Below are positions 45,259-55,283 of a stretch of DNA of 64,000 bases, in pieces. The notes under the pieces are model-generated. The model had not been told where the DNA came from. It saw only the letters and a list, made by a program, of their open reading frames with translations, and did no database searches. Position 1 is the stretch's first letter; each line of letters begins with the position of its first letter. The position numbers were made by a program, and so were the translations under genes. The stretch is from Calditrichota bacterium (GTDB lineage: Bacteria; Calditrichota; Calditrichia; Calditrichales; Calditrichaceae): positions 114,938-178,937 of the forward strand of contig JAJRSO010000061.1 of NCBI GenBank assembly GCA_024278755.1, in the 5' to 3' direction.

Positions 45259-45582
45259 TCCGTTATTCCCGCAAAGGCGGAAATTCAAATAAAATTTAAA
45301 ATCTTTTTTGTTCTGGCTCCCCGATAAAAGCCTTCGGGGATGACACTTTATGTAATTTTGCCAATCGCCATTCGTTAATCTTCAATCGTTAATAAAAAAA
45401 ATGTCGGGTCAACGATTAACGGAGTCAGAGTGCAGAGTTTTTTAACGGTACGAATCCCAAAGGCTTCACACTATTTTTCATCGGTAATATTCTTTCCAAT
45501 AAAGAAATTATATTTTTTCCCGACAATTAAAATACTCTTTTATGGAATCGTTGTATTCCTTCTATTTATTAGGAGATCTAAA

Positions 45583-46500
45583 ATGAAATGGAAAGTCGTT
45601 TTAATTTTTGCGCTTAGCGGTTTTATCTTTGGGACCGTTCATGCGCAATCCGCCAAAAAGAAAAATATTGCGGTGATCGATTTGGACAGCCGCGGTGGTT
45701 TGTCCAAAGCGGAAGTGGGCACTCTTACGGATCGTCTGCGTTCCATGCTGGTGCGCACGCATACCTTTACGGTGGTCGATCGCGGACTGATGGAAGACGT
45801 TCTAAGTGAACAGGGCTTTCAGATGTCCGGATGTACGTCTACCGATTGTGCGGTTGAAGCCGGAAAAATTTTAGGTGTGGAGCAGATGCTTTCCGGAACC
45901 ATCGGTCGCCTGGGAAAACTGTATACGATTGATATTATTCTAATTGACGTATCCACTTCGCAGATTATTAAATCGCTCACCCGGGATTACCGCGGGGAAG
46001 TGGAGGGCCTGGTCGGTTTAATGAAATCTTTAGCCGACGAATTAGCGGGAGCGGCTCCGGCCGAAACAAAACCGGTTGCCAAAAAGAAGATACCTAAAAA
46101 ATACACTTTGTCGCTTAATTCCTATCCTTCCGGCGCCCAGGTGATTATCAATAGTAAACAAGCGGGTACAACGCCCTATTCCATAAAAGTGAATGAAAAT
46201 ATGAAACTTGATATTCAGATTAAAAAAGCCAATTATCAAACCTTTCAGAAATCATTGTTGGTAAAAAAAGACGAGGAAGTAAATATTAATCTTAAATATT
46301 CGGACGCCTATAAAAAATATCTTGCCGCAAAGCAAAAGAAAAAGGAACCGCCTGTGGCAAAAACCGGTGTTAAAAGTTCCTCCGGTATGTGGTGGTGGAT
46401 TGGCGGAGGCGTTGCGGTTGCCGCGACGGTGGCCTATTTTCTAATACAGGATAATCCGCAAGGGACAAACGCTTTCCCCGAGCCGCCTTCACGGCCGTAA
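45583..46500 (+). CDS. secreted CsgG/LpoB-like domain + PEGA domain protein with C-terminal TM anchor
   Basis: ORF 45430-46500, likely start ATG 45583 after AGGAG; signal peptide MKWKVVLIFALSGFIFGTVHAQ; PEGA-like LNSYPSGAQVIINSKQAGTTPY. Confidence 0.75.
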   Translation: MKWKVVLIFALSGFIFGTVHAQSAKKKNIAVIDLDSRGGLSKAEVGTLTDRLRSMLVRTHTFTVVDRGLMEDVLSEQGFQMSGCTSTDCAVEAGKILGVEQMLSGTIGRLGKLYTIDIILIDVSTSQIIKSLTRDYRGEVEGLVGLMKSLADELAGAAPAETKPVAKKKIPKKYTLSLNSYPSGAQVIINSKQAGTTPYSIKVNENMKLDIQIKKANYQTFQKSLLVKKDEEVNINLKYSDAYKKYLAAKQKKKEPPVAKTGVKSSSGMWWWIGGGVAVAATVAYFLIQDNPQGTNAFPEPPSRP

Positions 46501-46544
46501 AACAGCATCGTTTTGAACAAGGATGATTTCAGGAGCTAAATAAA

Positions 46545-49500
46545 ATGAAAAATATAAAAAAGACAATTCTAATATTCGTATTGAGTTTCATAAGCGCCGG
46601 TATTGGCTATGCACAGGTTCCTGCGGCAGATTCGCTGGCGCTTGTAAAATTGTACGATTCAACAGGCGGTGATTCATGGTTCAATAATTCAAACTGGAAA
46701 TCTGCTACAAATGTAGACGACTGGTATGGAGTTACCGTTTCTAACGGCAGGGTGAAGATCATTACCCTTAAATCCAATAATCTGACAGGCAATATTCCCG
46801 CACAAATTAGTGATTTAACAGCGTTGGAACGACTGGATTTAGTCGATAATCAGATCGGCGGGGCGATTCCCGCTTCAATCGGTAACCTTACAAATCTCTA
46901 TTATCTGAATTTAGCGTGGAATAATTTTTCGGATGCTTCATTCCCACCGGAAATGAGCAATCTGACCAATCTTTTGTATCTGTATCTATCATCTTGTAAT
47001 TTAAGCGCATTTCCGTCGTTTGTATTTAACCTGACACTTCTGAAAACATTAGCGCTGGATTATAATCAAATCCCACTTATTCCTGCAGCCATCGAGAATT
47101 TAGTAAATTTAGAGTCACTGCTTTTAGCGTCAAACCAGTTAAACGGAAATGTACCGCCACAGCTTTCCAGTCTGTCAAAACTACATACGCTTAATTTAGG
47201 CCAAAACGGATTTAGTACTCTGCCCACAACCATTACCGATATGAGCTGGTTAGTCGTTTTGTATATGTGGGGAAACGCCCTGGACGAAGCCGATATGACC
47301 AATTTTGGAAACCTTACGAATTTGAACCTGGTTAGTTTTAGCAATAATGCCTTCCATTCCATTCCGACAGAGATTACTTCCTTGTCGAATTTGGAAAGTT
47401 TATATCTTGCCTCAAATCAAATCACCAATACTGGTTTGGGAAACCTGGGCGATATGACAGGGCTGCATAGCCTGAGCCTGGGCGGAAATCAATTAGATGC
47501 CTTCCCCACCGAAGTTTTGAATTTTACGGATTTAGAATACCTGGAATTGGCCTATAATCAAATTTCAGGCGAAATTCCTTCAAGAATAGCAGACCTTTCG
47601 AATTTATACTTTTTATACCTGAATCGAAATAAGTTCTCCGGCGCGGTTCCGACGGGTATCGCCGATTTATCCAATTTGATTCGGATTGATCTGAGCGAGA
47701 ATGAGTTGGATGAACTGCCCGCTTTTAATGTAGCAAACGATTTTCAGGAGATTAAAATATATGATAACTATTTTACATTCGAAGATATCGAACCGAACCT
47801 TGTTTTTGATAGTTCTGTTTTTACCTATGCCCCGCAGAAAGAAGTGGGCGCCGGTATGGATACGGTTCTGGCGGTGGGTAGCAGCATTACCTTAAATGTA
47901 ACGGTAGGCGGAAATAATAATGTTTACCAATGGTATAAAAATGATACGGTCTTTCCCAATGCCACAAGTAATTCGCTCGTTGTCCATCTGAATAATCCTG
48001 CGGATTTTGGCGCCTATAAACTGCGCATTACCAATACACATGCCACCGAACTTGAGTTGTGGAGTAAACCGTTTATTTTAAATCAGGAAAATTTACTCGA
48101 ACAGGATTCGCTGGCTCTTGTGGCTTTGTTTAACGCACTTGACGGTTCCAACTGGTCTAAACGAACCAACTGGTTAAACGGGCCGGTTTCGGACTGGTAT
48201 GGTATTAGCGTCCAGAATGGCCGGGTAGAAGAGTTATTGTTAAATAATAATAATCTGGAAGGAGAATTGCCTCCGGAAATAGGCGCTCTTGATGCCGTAC
48301 TGTATCTGAAATTAAACGACAATAAGATTAGCGGATCGGTTCCTCAGGAAATATTAAATATGTCGGCATTGGTGGATTTACATCTTCAGAACAATCAGAT
48401 TGAAGATATTCCAGATTTGCATGGACTCAGTCCACACCTCGGTACGCTGATGCTGGAAGGGAATAAACTGATATTCGATAATTTAAAACCAAATATTGAC
48501 GTTCCCTTTTCCATTTTTTCATACGCTCCGCAGGATAGTTTGGATATCGGTGATGAGCGGACGTATGGATGGGGCGGTAATATCTTTTTACAGGTTCCCA
48601 CGCCAAACCCGGACAATCACTACGCATGGTCTAAAAATGGCAGTCCCGTGGGGGGGGATAAAAATCCGCTTGAAATTTTCTCGATTAATTATTCAAATGC
48701 CGGAAGATATACCTGTGCGGTAACCAATTCGAAATTGCCGGATCTGATACTTCATCTAAGACCCGTGGAAGTGAACGTAGTTGGAGAACCGGCTGTTTAC
48801 TATCAGACAGATGTGCCCACCGCTCCACATACTGCACAGATTAATTTTCAGGTAAATCCCGGCGGATTGCCAACTACCGTTGAAATTCACTACGGAAAAA
48901 CGAATGCCTATGGTCTGGTAATCCCGTATAATCAGGGACCGCTTCAGGGTACACAATTTCTGGATTTAAGTATGTTTCTTCCCGATTTGGAACCCAACAC
49001 CGGTTATCAGTATAAAATAACGGCGCAGAATGACTCCGGAACTGTTTTTGTCGATGGTTTGTCTTTCACAACCAAATCATACCCCGTTTCATACCAGGTT
49101 AACGAACACATTGCTTTGCCGGAGCGCGGTAAAAAGTCCGATTATAAATCGAGCGATTACCGTCTGTTTGGTCTTCCCGGATCCAGTAATACCCCGCTTG
49201 AAAATATTTTTACCGGTACGCCTGATGAGGATTGGATAGCCTATCTCGATAATGGCAACGCCAGTAATTACTATCAAAAATTTGGCACCTTTGATGATTT
49301 CTATTTTACCCAGGGACGGGCCTTTTGGGTGCTGAGTCTGCATAATGTGGATATAGATCGTTCCCTTGAAGCTGCGCATCTAAATGGTTTTTCTGAGGCG
49401 GAGATCAGTCTGCATGAGGGATGGAATTTAATTACTAACCCTTTTAACCAATCGGTCTCATGGACAAGTGTTGTCGACGCAAATAATTTATCGACATACC

Positions 49501-50384
49501 AGATTTATAGTTTTAACGGCGCCTTTGATACACCGGAAAAACTCGAACCTTTTCAGGGCTATTTGTTCCGGCCTTCTCCGGGAATGGGTGTTTTACGAAT
49601 TCCTTTTCCGGATGGTGGTGTTATTAAAAACGCTGCAAAGAAGGTTGTTACACCGACGCAGAGAAATGGATGGGAGTTAACCCTTGTGCTGGAGTCGGAA
49701 GGATTCAGAGATGGCACTACCCGTCTGGGCGTCCGTAACGATTACACGGAACAGGAAATAACCAATTACAAAAAACCGCGGGCCATGGGCGATATTTTAA
49801 ATATCTGGTTTGAACATCCGGAATGGGACGAAGCTGATCCGGTCTATGTAACGGATTTCCGTTCGCTTGACTCCGATCCCCATCGCTGGACGTTTAAAAC
49901 CAGTCTTTTCCCGGGGAAGAAAGCAATGCTGCGGGTGTTGAATCTGGAACAAATTCCCGAAGATCAACAGGTGTATCTCATTCAAAAAACGGATGGCCGC
50001 TTCTGGAATGTACGTCAAACAGATGCAGTTTCTTTTATTCCCGTAAAAAAAATAAATGAATTCGAGATTGTCGTCGGCGAAAATACCCTCATCGAAGATA
50101 TCCTCAAAAAAATGGCGCCAACGGAATTTTCTCTGGAAGCGAATTTCCCGAATCCGTTTAATCCGACGACTTCCATTCGCTATACGTTAGCGGCTGCGAG
50201 CCGTGTTAACGTAACGGTTTTTAATGCTCTGGGGCAACGCGTACGGACCCTCGTTGACAGCCAACAGGAAGCAGGGAACTATTCCGTTACATTTAATGCG
50301 GCTAATCTGGCGAGCGGAATCTATTATTACCGGATTACGACAGACGCATTTACACAAACCCGAAAAATGATTTTGATGCGCTGA
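46545..50384 (+). CDS. T9SS-secreted leucine-rich-repeat protein (two LRR blocks, Ig/FN3-like domains, Por-secretion C-terminal domain)
   Basis: 1279 aa; about 20 LxxLxLxxNxLxGxIP repeats; C-terminus NFPNPFNPTTSIRYTL...GIYYYRI. Confidence 0.85.
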   Translation: MKNIKKTILIFVLSFISAGIGYAQVPAADSLALVKLYDSTGGDSWFNNSNWKSATNVDDWYGVTVSNGRVKIITLKSNNLTGNIPAQISDLTALERLDLVDNQIGGAIPASIGNLTNLYYLNLAWNNFSDASFPPEMSNLTNLLYLYLSSCNLSAFPSFVFNLTLLKTLALDYNQIPLIPAAIENLVNLESLLLASNQLNGNVPPQLSSLSKLHTLNLGQNGFSTLPTTITDMSWLVVLYMWGNALDEADMTNFGNLTNLNLVSFSNNAFHSIPTEITSLSNLESLYLASNQITNTGLGNLGDMTGLHSLSLGGNQLDAFPTEVLNFTDLEYLELAYNQISGEIPSRIADLSNLYFLYLNRNKFSGAVPTGIADLSNLIRIDLSENELDELPAFNVANDFQEIKIYDNYFTFEDIEPNLVFDSSVFTYAPQKEVGAGMDTVLAVGSSITLNVTVGGNNNVYQWYKNDTVFPNATSNSLVVHLNNPADFGAYKLRITNTHATELELWSKPFILNQENLLEQDSLALVALFNALDGSNWSKRTNWLNGPVSDWYGISVQNGRVEELLLNNNNLEGELPPEIGALDAVLYLKLNDNKISGSVPQEILNMSALVDLHLQNNQIEDIPDLHGLSPHLGTLMLEGNKLIFDNLKPNIDVPFSIFSYAPQDSLDIGDERTYGWGGNIFLQVPTPNPDNHYAWSKNGSPVGGDKNPLEIFSINYSNAGRYTCAVTNSKLPDLILHLRPVEVNVVGEPAVYYQTDVPTAPHTAQINFQVNPGGLPTTVEIHYGKTNAYGLVIPYNQGPLQGTQFLDLSMFLPDLEPNTGYQYKITAQNDSGTVFVDGLSFTTKSYPVSYQVNEHIALPERGKKSDYKSSDYRLFGLPGSSNTPLENIFTGTPDEDWIAYLDNGNASNYYQKFGTFDDFYFTQGRAFWVLSLHNVDIDRSLEAAHLNGFSEAEISLHEGWNLITNPFNQSVSWTSVVDANNLSTYQIYSFNGAFDTPEKLEPFQGYLFRPSPGMGVLRIPFPDGGVIKNAAKKVVTPTQRNGWELTLVLESEGFRDGTTRLGVRNDYTEQEITNYKKPRAMGDILNIWFEHPEWDEADPVYVTDFRSLDSDPHRWTFKTSLFPGKKAMLRVLNLEQIPEDQQVYLIQKTDGRFWNVRQTDAVSFIPVKKINEFEIVVGENTLIEDILKKMAPTEFSLEANFPNPFNPTTSIRYTLAAASRVNVTVFNALGQRVRTLVDSQQEAGNYSVTFNAANLASGIYYYRITTDAFTQTRKMILMR

Positions 50385-50833
50385 TGCGTTTAAAATTTTT
50401 AAAAGAGACGGCTATTATTATTATTTTAGCGGCCGTTTCGGCTATTGTATTTAACGGCTTTTCCGAAAACGGGCTTAATATTATTTATAAACCGTTGGAA
50501 ATTCCGCCCGGAAACACAGTTAATCTAAGCGAGTTAAAACAACTCCTAAAAAAAGCGAACGTGGTTTTAATTGATGCCCGTAACAATGCAGAGTTTATTC
50601 AGGGGCATATTCCGGGCGCCCGAAACCTCCCGCTACAAAGTCCCAGAAATGCTAAGATTGAATTCTTGTCAAAATTTCCCAAAGAGATCGTTTTTGTTTT
50701 ATACTGTATAAATGTCGAATGCTCGCAGTCCGAGCATTTGGCAAAACAGCTTAATCTATTGGGCTTTTCCAATACACATGTTTTTAACGGCGGCTGGCAG
50801 GCCTGGCAGAAAGCGGGGCAGAATGCGCAATAA
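50384..50833 (+). CDS. membrane-anchored rhodanese-domain protein
   Basis: 149 aa; VVLIDARNNAEFIQGHIPGARNLP, active-site loop LYCINVECSQS. Confidence 0.85.
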   Translation: MRLKFLKETAIIIILAAVSAIVFNGFSENGLNIIYKPLEIPPGNTVNLSELKQLLKKANVVLIDARNNAEFIQGHIPGARNLPLQSPRNAKIEFLSKFPKEIVFVLYCINVECSQSEHLAKQLNLLGFSNTHVFNGGWQAWQKAGQNAQ

Positions 50834-52544
50834 ATATATTTCCTTTCTTTTTCGATTGGTTTTGGGCCTGTTATTTCTCTTTGCCTCTCTTGATAAAATT
50901 GCCCATCCTTCCCGATTTGTAACCGCGGTAGGAAATTACCAACTATTGCCCGATGTGCTCAGTTATTATTCAGCGTTGTTCCTCCCCTGGCTGGAACTGT
51001 TTTGCGGTCTCTTTCTTATTGCCGGCATCTTTGTGAAAACCAGCGCCGGGCTGATTGGCTTAATGCTGCTTGTCTTTTTAGCTGCTCTGCTCAGTGCCTT
51101 GTTCCGGGGACTCAATATCGATTGCGGTTGTTTCTCCGGCAGTACCTCCGTTTCGCTGCTGCGCTTGTTGGAAGATCTGGTAATGCTGGCCATGGCTATT
51201 TATCTGGTTTTTTGTTACGAACCCTGGCTTGGTTTACACCTCCGAATTCAGGAAATGCGCCTATCCCGGGTTGTAATTTTTTTGTTAATCGTTTCTGCTT
51301 TTGCCGTTCAGGCGCAAACCACGGTTACCATCCTGCATACGAATAATATAAACGGCACACTGGAAAACTGTCTTTGCGCCGATCATCCCCTCGGTTCTAT
51401 CGAAAAGATAAAAACAGAAGTGGATTCTATTCGTAGCGGGAATTCCACTGTTCTGTTTGTGGATACGGGTGATTTTTTTTCCGCCTTCGGCGATAAACAA
51501 AAAGACCGGATTTCCATTCAGGCGCAGCGCCTGTTGGCCTATAATTTTTTGGGAATCGGCGATCAGGAGTTTTCTAACGGCGCTGCTTTTTTCCGCGATG
51601 AGATTTACAGCCCGGAACTGCCCTATAGTTCTCTGAATTTAAAAATAAAAGGGCTTGGGGGAATTCCGGCATACAAACGAATTTCGGTGGATGGCACCGA
51701 TATTTTAATAACTTCGGTAATTGCTCCCGATGTCTTCCGTTTTTATGATAAGAACCTAATCGCGGACATTCAAACAGATGATCCGGTTCATTCACTCCAA
51801 ATTTTCCTGAACCGTCATTCGGCCGATTTTATCATTCTGGTATCGCATCTCGGATTGGAGCGGGATAAAATGATTGCCCAAAAATTTCCGGCCGTTAATC
51901 TGATCCTCGGCGGGCACAGTCAGGATGCGTTAAAGCAGGCGCTAAAAATCAATAAAACGATTATCGTGCAGGCCGGAAGCGACGGTTATTATTTGGGTAA
52001 AACCGTTGTTCACTTTTCTAATACGAAAAAGGTTACAGGCTTTACATCGGAACTGTTGCCCATGTATCTTAGGCTTGCCAATGATGAGCAGATTGCCGAT
52101 CTGGCCCGTGGGTATGATTTTCAATTTATTAAAAATAGTTTTAAGCACCAAAAACTTCCCCGGCCGGTTGGCGCCGGGTTTCTGACCCTCCCTGCAAATC
52201 GCTGTGCGGCCTGCCATCAAAAACAGTATGAAAAATGGCAAAAGAGTGCGCATGCACACTCCTGGGAAAGCATTCGGAAAAAAAAGAAGACAAAATCCGC
52301 GCAATGCGTGGTTTGCCATGTGAGCGGTTTCGGCCGTCCCGACGGATTTATAAATGAAAACCTGACGCCGGAACTGAAAGCGGTGGTTTGTACAGATTGC
52401 CATTGGACAGCGCCGGAACACCTGCAAAAGAAAAGCAAAGAGACGGTTCAAAAAATAAAGGCTTCCGTCTGCCTGCGTTGTCACGATACGCGCAACGATG
52501 CGGATTTTGATTTCAAAAAAGAAAAACCACAAATTACACATTAA
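50823..52544 (+). CDS. fusion: MauE/DoxX-like membrane domain + degenerate 5'-nucleotidase/metallophosphatase-like domain + tetrahaem cytochrome c (c554-like)
   Basis: ORF 50712-52544, likely start ATG 50823; LLFLFASLDKIAHPSRF...; ILHTNNINGTL / VDTGDFF / IGDQEF / GGHSQD in place of NDxHG / GD / GNHEF / GGHSH; four CxxCH (CAACH, CVVCH, CTDCH, CLRCH). Confidence 0.8.
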   Translation: MRNKYISFLFRLVLGLLFLFASLDKIAHPSRFVTAVGNYQLLPDVLSYYSALFLPWLELFCGLFLIAGIFVKTSAGLIGLMLLVFLAALLSALFRGLNIDCGCFSGSTSVSLLRLLEDLVMLAMAIYLVFCYEPWLGLHLRIQEMRLSRVVIFLLIVSAFAVQAQTTVTILHTNNINGTLENCLCADHPLGSIEKIKTEVDSIRSGNSTVLFVDTGDFFSAFGDKQKDRISIQAQRLLAYNFLGIGDQEFSNGAAFFRDEIYSPELPYSSLNLKIKGLGGIPAYKRISVDGTDILITSVIAPDVFRFYDKNLIADIQTDDPVHSLQIFLNRHSADFIILVSHLGLERDKMIAQKFPAVNLILGGHSQDALKQALKINKTIIVQAGSDGYYLGKTVVHFSNTKKVTGFTSELLPMYLRLANDEQIADLARGYDFQFIKNSFKHQKLPRPVGAGFLTLPANRCAACHQKQYEKWQKSAHAHSWESIRKKKKTKSAQCVVCHVSGFGRPDGFINENLTPELKAVVCTDCHWTAPEHLQKKSKETVQKIKASVCLRCHDTRNDADFDFKKEKPQITH

Positions 52545-52561
52545 AAGATGGAGAGAAAAAA

Positions 52562-53257
52562 ATGGCTCCTGATTATAAACTCTTTTTTTATGAAGAAATT
52601 ATGCTGCTTTCTTTGCGTGATCGGGAAGGAACCATGGAACCGATGGTTTCATACAGGGAAGCGATAGGTGGAGCTATTTTGGCGGAGTTGTTATTGGAGC
52701 AATATATTAGAGCCGATCCCTCCAAACGGTCGCAGCCCATACAGGTTTTAAAGGATGGACCCGTTAGTGATGAACTATTGAATGAATGTCTGGAAAAAAT
52801 CAGATCCGCAAAATGGCGGAAATCTGCGCAGGAGTGGGTGATGCGCTTTAGCAATATAAAAGATATTAAACATCGTATTGCCGAACGTCTTTGCAGAAAA
52901 GGTATTTTGTCGGAAAGTGAAGACAAGGTGATGCTGTTTTTTACCCGCAGGATATATCCGGAAGTGAATCCTCAACCGGAACGGGAGATTTTGGAACGGA
53001 TACACAGCGCTGTCTCGACGGAAGAAGGGGGCGTTGACCCCAGGACTACGATGCTTATTTCTCTTGCTTATCACACGGGTTTGTTAAAACGGATAATCGA
53101 TAGAGGCATCCTGAAAAGCAGGAAAAAACGAATTAAAAAAATTATTAGTGGGGAAGCGGCAGGCCAGGCCAGCGCAGAAGCAATTCAGGCCGTCCGGGCT
53201 GCCGTGATAGCGGCTGCCTTAATACCGACGATAGCGGCGGCTTCCGTAACATCATAA
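52562..53257 (+). CDS. GPP34/GOLPH3-family protein
   Basis: 231 aa; LFFYEEIMLLSLRDREG..., AIGGAILAELLLEQYI, Ala-rich C-terminal tail typical of bacterial GPP34. Confidence 0.7.
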   Translation: MAPDYKLFFYEEIMLLSLRDREGTMEPMVSYREAIGGAILAELLLEQYIRADPSKRSQPIQVLKDGPVSDELLNECLEKIRSAKWRKSAQEWVMRFSNIKDIKHRIAERLCRKGILSESEDKVMLFFTRRIYPEVNPQPEREILERIHSAVSTEEGGVDPRTTMLISLAYHTGLLKRIIDRGILKSRKKRIKKIISGEAAGQASAEAIQAVRAAVIAAALIPTIAAASVTS

Positions 53258-53407
53258 GAGTGAGTATATAATACAGTATCTAAACGTGTTTCCCACCCTG
53301 TTTTTATCGGGAATGAATATTGGTTTTTTTCGGACGTTGTTCATTCTTACTATATCTCTGAACGATCTCATATTTATACGCGATTTTCTAAAAAAATAAA
53401 AAAGTAC

Positions 53408-53436
53408 TTGCATCTTAAAAAAAACTATTATAAATA
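53408..53436 (+). promoter_or_regulatory. sigma70-like promoter candidate TTGCAT-N15/17-TATAAA/TAAATA; direct repeat ATTAACAAA x2 just downstream
   Basis: TTGCAT 53408-53413; AT-rich -10 options 53429-53436; repeats near 53453 and 53478 before ATG 53495. Confidence 0.35.
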
Positions 53437-53494
53437 GTAAACGACCTAAATAATTAACAAAGTTAAATATTAAAATCATTAACAAATAGGGCGT

Positions 53495-54073
53495 ATGTCA
53501 GCGACTCCGCAACAATTAATTTCCGAATACAGCCGAATGCTGTCTCAGTTACTGGGCGATGTGATGGAGCAGAGTTATCTGTTGCACAAAGCGCCGCACC
53601 AACTCACCAGAACACAATTTTCAATCCTAAAAATATTAAACACTTCCGGTTCTTTTCTCGGCAGCGAGTTGTCCCGGATTTTGGGCATCAGTCGCCCGGC
53701 CGTTAGTAAAAATGTGGATAAACTGGTTAAACATAAACTGGTTACCCGTAAGATTTTAAAAAAAGACCGGCGTACCACCGAAATCAGTCTGCTTAAATCG
53801 GGAAGAAATTTTGTACAGGCTTACGAAAAAATTCGTTTGCAAAAGCAGGAAAAGGCGCTGGAAGTTTTAAGTGATCGGGAAAAAGAATTACTGGCCGAAC
53901 TGCTTAGTAAATATGTGCGCAGCTGTATGTTCGGGGAAGACATGCTGGATGTCATTTGTCTGCAATGCAACGATGTGATTATGGAGGATTGCCGCTTAAT
54001 TAATCAGGAGAATAAATGTCGATTTGTGGAGAAGATCGAAAAGCAAAGAGCGATTAATCAAAACAGAAAATAG
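53495..54073 (+). CDS. MarR-family transcriptional regulator with Cys-rich C-terminal extension
   Basis: 192 aa; winged HTH LTRTQFSILKILNTSGSFLGSELSRILGISRPAVSKNVDKLV; tail CMFGEDMLDVICLQCNDVIMEDCRLINQENKC. Confidence 0.85.
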   Translation: MSATPQQLISEYSRMLSQLLGDVMEQSYLLHKAPHQLTRTQFSILKILNTSGSFLGSELSRILGISRPAVSKNVDKLVKHKLVTRKILKKDRRTTEISLLKSGRNFVQAYEKIRLQKQEKALEVLSDREKELLAELLSKYVRSCMFGEDMLDVICLQCNDVIMEDCRLINQENKCRFVEKIEKQRAINQNRK

Positions 54074-54118
54074 ATTTTGTTTCGTTAACCTAACCTAACT
54101 AATTGAGGAGGAAGCAAC

Positions 54119-55282
54119 ATGTCCACTGTTTTAAACTATCTTTCAAAGCAAGGACACGTTCCAGAAGATTCTGAAATTAGAGGTGTTTCCCGCAGAGACT
54201 TTCTGAAATTCTGTACAATAACCGCTGCAAGTCTTGGTTTGCCACTGGGAATGGCCGATGCAATTGCCAAAGCAGTTGCAAGTAAAAACAGGCCTCCCGT
54301 AATCTGGCTCCATTTCCAGGAATGTACCGGTTGTACCGAATCCCTACTCCGAGCCACACATCCCACTGTAGAAAACCTCATTCTGGATTTAATTTCTTTG
54401 GATTATTCCGAAACCTTAATGGCCGGCGCCGGACATCAGGCCGAAGCGGCCCTGCACAAATCCGTTACCGAAAACGAAGGCAAATTCATTCTTGTTGTGG
54501 AAGGCTCCATTCCGCTTAAAGACGATGGTATCTACTGTAAAATCGGCGGCAAAACAGCGCTCTCCATTTTAAATGAAGTTGCGCCCAAGGCGGCAGCCAT
54601 CGTGGCCATCGGTTCCTGCGCTTCCTGGGGCGGCGTGCAGTCTTCCTACCCGAATCCAACAGGGGCGGTTGGCGTTAATGCGATTGTTAAAGATAAACCG
54701 GTGATTAATTTACCGGGTTGTCCGGCCAGTCCCTATAATCTGCTTTCGACTGTTCTCTATTATTTAACCCTAAAAAAATTACCCGAACTGGATAAAAAGG
54801 GCCGGCCGAAATTTGCTTATGGCAGGCTTGTACACGAAAACTGCGAACGGCGTCCGCATTTTGACGCCGGTCGTTTTGCCAATCAGTTTGGCGACGACGG
54901 CCACCGCCAGGGGTGGTGCCTGTATAAACTGGGCTGTAAAGGTCCGGAGACACATGCCAACTGCCCGGTTCAGTTATACGGAGATGTGGGCTCGAACGCC
55001 TGGCCGGTAGGAACGGGGCATCCCTGTTTTGGCTGTACCGAAAAAGGGGTTGGGTTCGAAAAACCCATCTTCCAGCAAGCCAGCGTCTATACGGCAACTC
55101 CGCCCGCGCTCTTTCCGGATATTAATCAGGATAAAGGCAGCGGTTTTACAGCCGGAGCCGCTTTGGTTGTGGGCGCAGCCGCCGGCGCTGCCGCTGTTTC
55201 GGGGATGAAAATTTCGAAAGCGCTGAAAGAAACGGATGCGGAAGACGCAAAAGCTCCGGCAGATAACAAGCAGGAGGGTTGA
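54119..55282 (+). CDS. hybO: [NiFe] hydrogenase small subunit (Tat-exported, C-terminal TM anchor)
   Basis: 387 aa; twin-arginine SRRDFLKF; ECTGCTES proximal-cluster motif; GSCASWGG; GCPASP. Confidence 0.95.
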   Translation: MSTVLNYLSKQGHVPEDSEIRGVSRRDFLKFCTITAASLGLPLGMADAIAKAVASKNRPPVIWLHFQECTGCTESLLRATHPTVENLILDLISLDYSETLMAGAGHQAEAALHKSVTENEGKFILVVEGSIPLKDDGIYCKIGGKTALSILNEVAPKAAAIVAIGSCASWGGVQSSYPNPTGAVGVNAIVKDKPVINLPGCPASPYNLLSTVLYYLTLKKLPELDKKGRPKFAYGRLVHENCERRPHFDAGRFANQFGDDGHRQGWCLYKLGCKGPETHANCPVQLYGDVGSNAWPVGTGHPCFGCTEKGVGFEKPIFQQASVYTATPPALFPDINQDKGSGFTAGAALVVGAAAGAAAVSGMKISKALKETDAEDAKAPADNKQEG

Positions 55283-55283
55283 A

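Noticed and set aside
45430-45582. N-terminal 51 codons of the track ORF 45430-46500
   Set aside because: This stretch is the interspersed repeat copy (45433-45484). A proper AGGAG-ATG start with a signal peptide follows at 45583.
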